Assembly (NCBI RefSeq): GCF_006345805.1
Contig: NC_043013.1
Span: 18,166,001 to 18,230,000, forward strand
Source of the DNA: Octopus sinensis
Lineage: Eukaryota
Reading direction: 5' to 3'
Length of the DNA stretch: 64,000 nt
Under the pieces are notes generated by a model that made no database searches, was not told the DNA's origin, and saw only the letters and a program-made list of their open reading frames with translations. Positions 61,404 to 64,000 of this stretch are shown here, piece by piece. The translations under genes and the position numbers were made by a program. Every line of letters starts with the position of its first letter. Position 1 is the first letter of the stretch.

Positions 61404-63711
61404 ATATGTGGTGGTGGAACAATGTTGTAGACAGGGCTATTAGAGACAAGAGACAGGCTTGGAAGGACTGGAGGAATGGCGGTAGTAGGGAATTGTATCA
61501 GATTGTGAAAAGAGAAGCTAGGAGACAGGTATATTTAGCCAGAGGGGAAGTAGATAAGAAAAGATTTGTCAATGTTCTGCACTGTGAGGACCCAAGACTT
61601 GAGGTGTTTCGTGTTGCAAGACAGTGTGTGAGAGAGAATCATGATGTGGTAGGAGAGAAATGTGTTCGCATGGATGATGGTTCACTTGCGCTAAATGAGG
61701 ATGCAAAGAGAGAGGTTTGGAGATGCCACTATGAAAAGATGCTCAACAAAGGGAATGAATGGGATAAAGAGAGTCTGCCGAATAGAGGGACCAGCTATCC
61801 GAGTTGACAGTTCCATGGTAGTTAAGGCAATTAGAAGTATGAAGACAGGGAAAGCCCCAGGCCCATCAGGAATTACTGCTGAGATGCTCAAAATATCTGG
61901 TAGTGTCGGCTATAGCCTAGTCACCCGTATAGTTAACCAGGTGATACACGAAGGAGTCATACCCAATGACTGGTGTAGTAGCATAATAGTCAACTGCTAC
62001 AAAGGTAAAGGTGACGCCCTAGATACAAGTAATTACAGAGGTATCAAGCTGTTGGATCAGGTAATGAAGGTTACGGAAAGGGTCATAGCCCAACTGATTA
62101 GGGAGAGAGTCAACCTGGACGAGATGCAGTTTGGTTTCGTGCCAGGGAAAAGCACCACCGATGCCATATTTCTGGTGAGACAGCTGCAGGAGAAATACCT
62201 AGCCAAAAATAAAACTCTGTACCTGGCTTTCATTGTCTTGGAGAAAGCCTTTGAAAGGGTCCCCCGTTCTCTTATCTGGTGGTCAATGAGGAAACTAGGG
62301 ATAGATGAATGGTTAGTGAGAGCTGTGCGTGCCATGTACAGGGACGCTGTTAGTAAGGTGAGGGTTGGCAACGAGTACAGTGAAGAATTCCGGGTAGAGG
62401 TTGGGGTCCACCAAGGTTCAGTCCTCAGCCCCCTCCTATTTATCATAGTCCTCCAGGCAATAACGGAGGAATTCAAGACAGGATGCCCCTGAGAGCTCCT
62501 CTATGCTGATGACCTTGCTCTAATTGCTGAATCACTATCAGAACTGGAGGAGAAGTTTCAGACGTGGAAGCAAGAATTAGAATCGAAGGGCCTTAGAGTC
62601 AACCTAGCTAAAACCAAAGTCCTAATAAGTAGGAAGGTAGACAAATCTCAAACGCCTTCAGGTAGATGGCCCTGCTCGATCTGTAGAAAAGGTGTAGGTA
62701 GGAACTCTATAAGATGCACCAAGTGTAAGCTATGGACACATAAGAGGTGCAGCAATGTCAAAGGAAGGCTAACTAGGAATATAGTTTTTGTATGTGGCAG
62801 ATGCTCAGGAGCAATAAACACTGAAAATGCGCAGAGACCATCTTCCGCCACATTCCAGTGAGAAAAACTAGAAATAGTTGATAGTTTCTGTTACCTAGGT
62901 GATCAAGTCAGTAGCGGGGGCGGGTGTGCCGAAAGTGTAAGAATACACTAGAGTAAGAATAGCCTGGGCAAAGTTCAGAGAGCTTTTACCTCTGCTGGTG
63001 ACAAAAGGCCTCTCGCTCAGAGTAAAAGGCAGACTGTATGACACATGTGTACGAACAGCCATGCTACATGGCAGTGAAACATGGACTGTGACTGCTGAGG
63101 ATATGCATAAGCTTGCAAGAAATGAAACCAGTATGCTCCGATGGATGTGTAAAGGACAAGTGAGGCCATAACTCGTGGCCCCTACATGGGTCGTAGTCAG
63201 TCCACCTGTGCATACCTTCCTTCTTGGGACATATAACTCTACTTGTGAAGACCTGTTGAGGCAAGTGAAAATCAAAGAATCAAAAAATCGAAATCAATCA
63301 ACATCAATGGAATTTGTAGTTTGTGGTATCAGCGCCAGTGGCACATAAGAGAACAATCCGAATGTGGCCATAGCCAGCACCGTATCGACTGGCCTCCGTG
63401 CTGGTGGCACGTAACAAACACCATCCGATCATGGCCGTGCCAGCCTTGCCTGGCCTCCGTGCCGGTGGCACGTAAAAAGCACCATCTGAGCGTGGCCGTT
63501 CGCCAGCCTCGTCTGGCACCTGTGTCGGTGGCACATAAAAAGTACCCACTACACTCACGGAGTGGTTAGCGTTAGGAAGGGCATCCAGCTGTAGAAACAC
63601 TGTCAGATCTGACTGGCCTGGTGCAGCCTTTGGGCTTCCCAGACCCCAGTTGAACCGTCCAACCCATGCTAGCATGGAAAGCGGACGTTAAACAATGATG
63701 ATGATGATGAT
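61404..63711 (+). mobile_element. 5'-truncated RTE-clade LINE (reverse transcriptase, inactivated)
   Basis: WWWN..V, KAPGPSG, NYRGIKLL, QFGF.PGKSTTDAIF, GVHQGSVLSPLLF, YADD (62502-62513), FCYLG, MLHGSETW. Frameshifts near 61785 and 62940, stops at 62490-62492 and ~62860; ORF 3' end deleted at ~63150; 3'UTR with ~62-bp units and (ATG)n tail. Confidence 0.95.
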
Positions 63712-64000
63712 TGGGTTTATTTACATTTGTGAAGAAAAAAAGATAGCCTTCCCCCCACCCGTAACCCTAACCCTAAAACAGATTGAAATGCAATAGATCG
63801 ATACTAGGGTCATAATTATGGGTGACAATTTCATATGACACCGCTAGAAAACACTGCCGTTCAAACCGAAAACATCCCATATTTTCTGTGGAAGACTGGA
63901 AATGAATGACCTCACTTGTATAATGATGATACTTATTTACAACTATCAAGTAATGTCTAGACTAGGGCACATACAAATATATACACAATTGTGCATACAT

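Noticed and set aside
62057-62476. 139-aa minus-strand ORF
   Set aside because: Antisense shadow of the RT frame
63762-63776. TAACCCTAACCCTAA telomere-like repeat
   Set aside because: Only ~2.5 units inside an interspersed repeat; not a telomere

Overview
AT-rich eukaryotic genomic DNA packed with microsatellites. The repeat repertoire resembles what I recall from Octopus (coleoid cephalopod) genomes; this is inference, not a database match. No complete host gene, tRNA, rRNA or CRISPR array is visible, and almost all ORF-track entries are translations of (TA)n/(CA)n/(ATC)n/GA-rich repeats. The window contains at least four tRNA-derived SINE families (here A-D), many 3' tails of an RTE-clade LINE, and one 2.3-kb 5'-truncated RTE copy whose reverse transcriptase carries a PHD-type Zn-finger insertion. 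It also holds a fragmented R4/Dong-like RLE retrotransposon, hAT MITEs with TIRs/TSDs and Helitron-type ends. The best host-gene signal is a probable first coding exon on the minus strand at 21108-21151 (MSVLADSNDVVGNS, phase 2, preceded by a uORF); other exon candidates are weak. The most notable unexplained structures are: five hammerhead-ribozyme-like motifs in three short Penelope/retrozyme-like repeat families (three within 600 bp, two of them in the arms of a ~210-bp-arm palindrome), recurrent outward-facing paired RTE tails, and a 164-nt imperfect hairpin.
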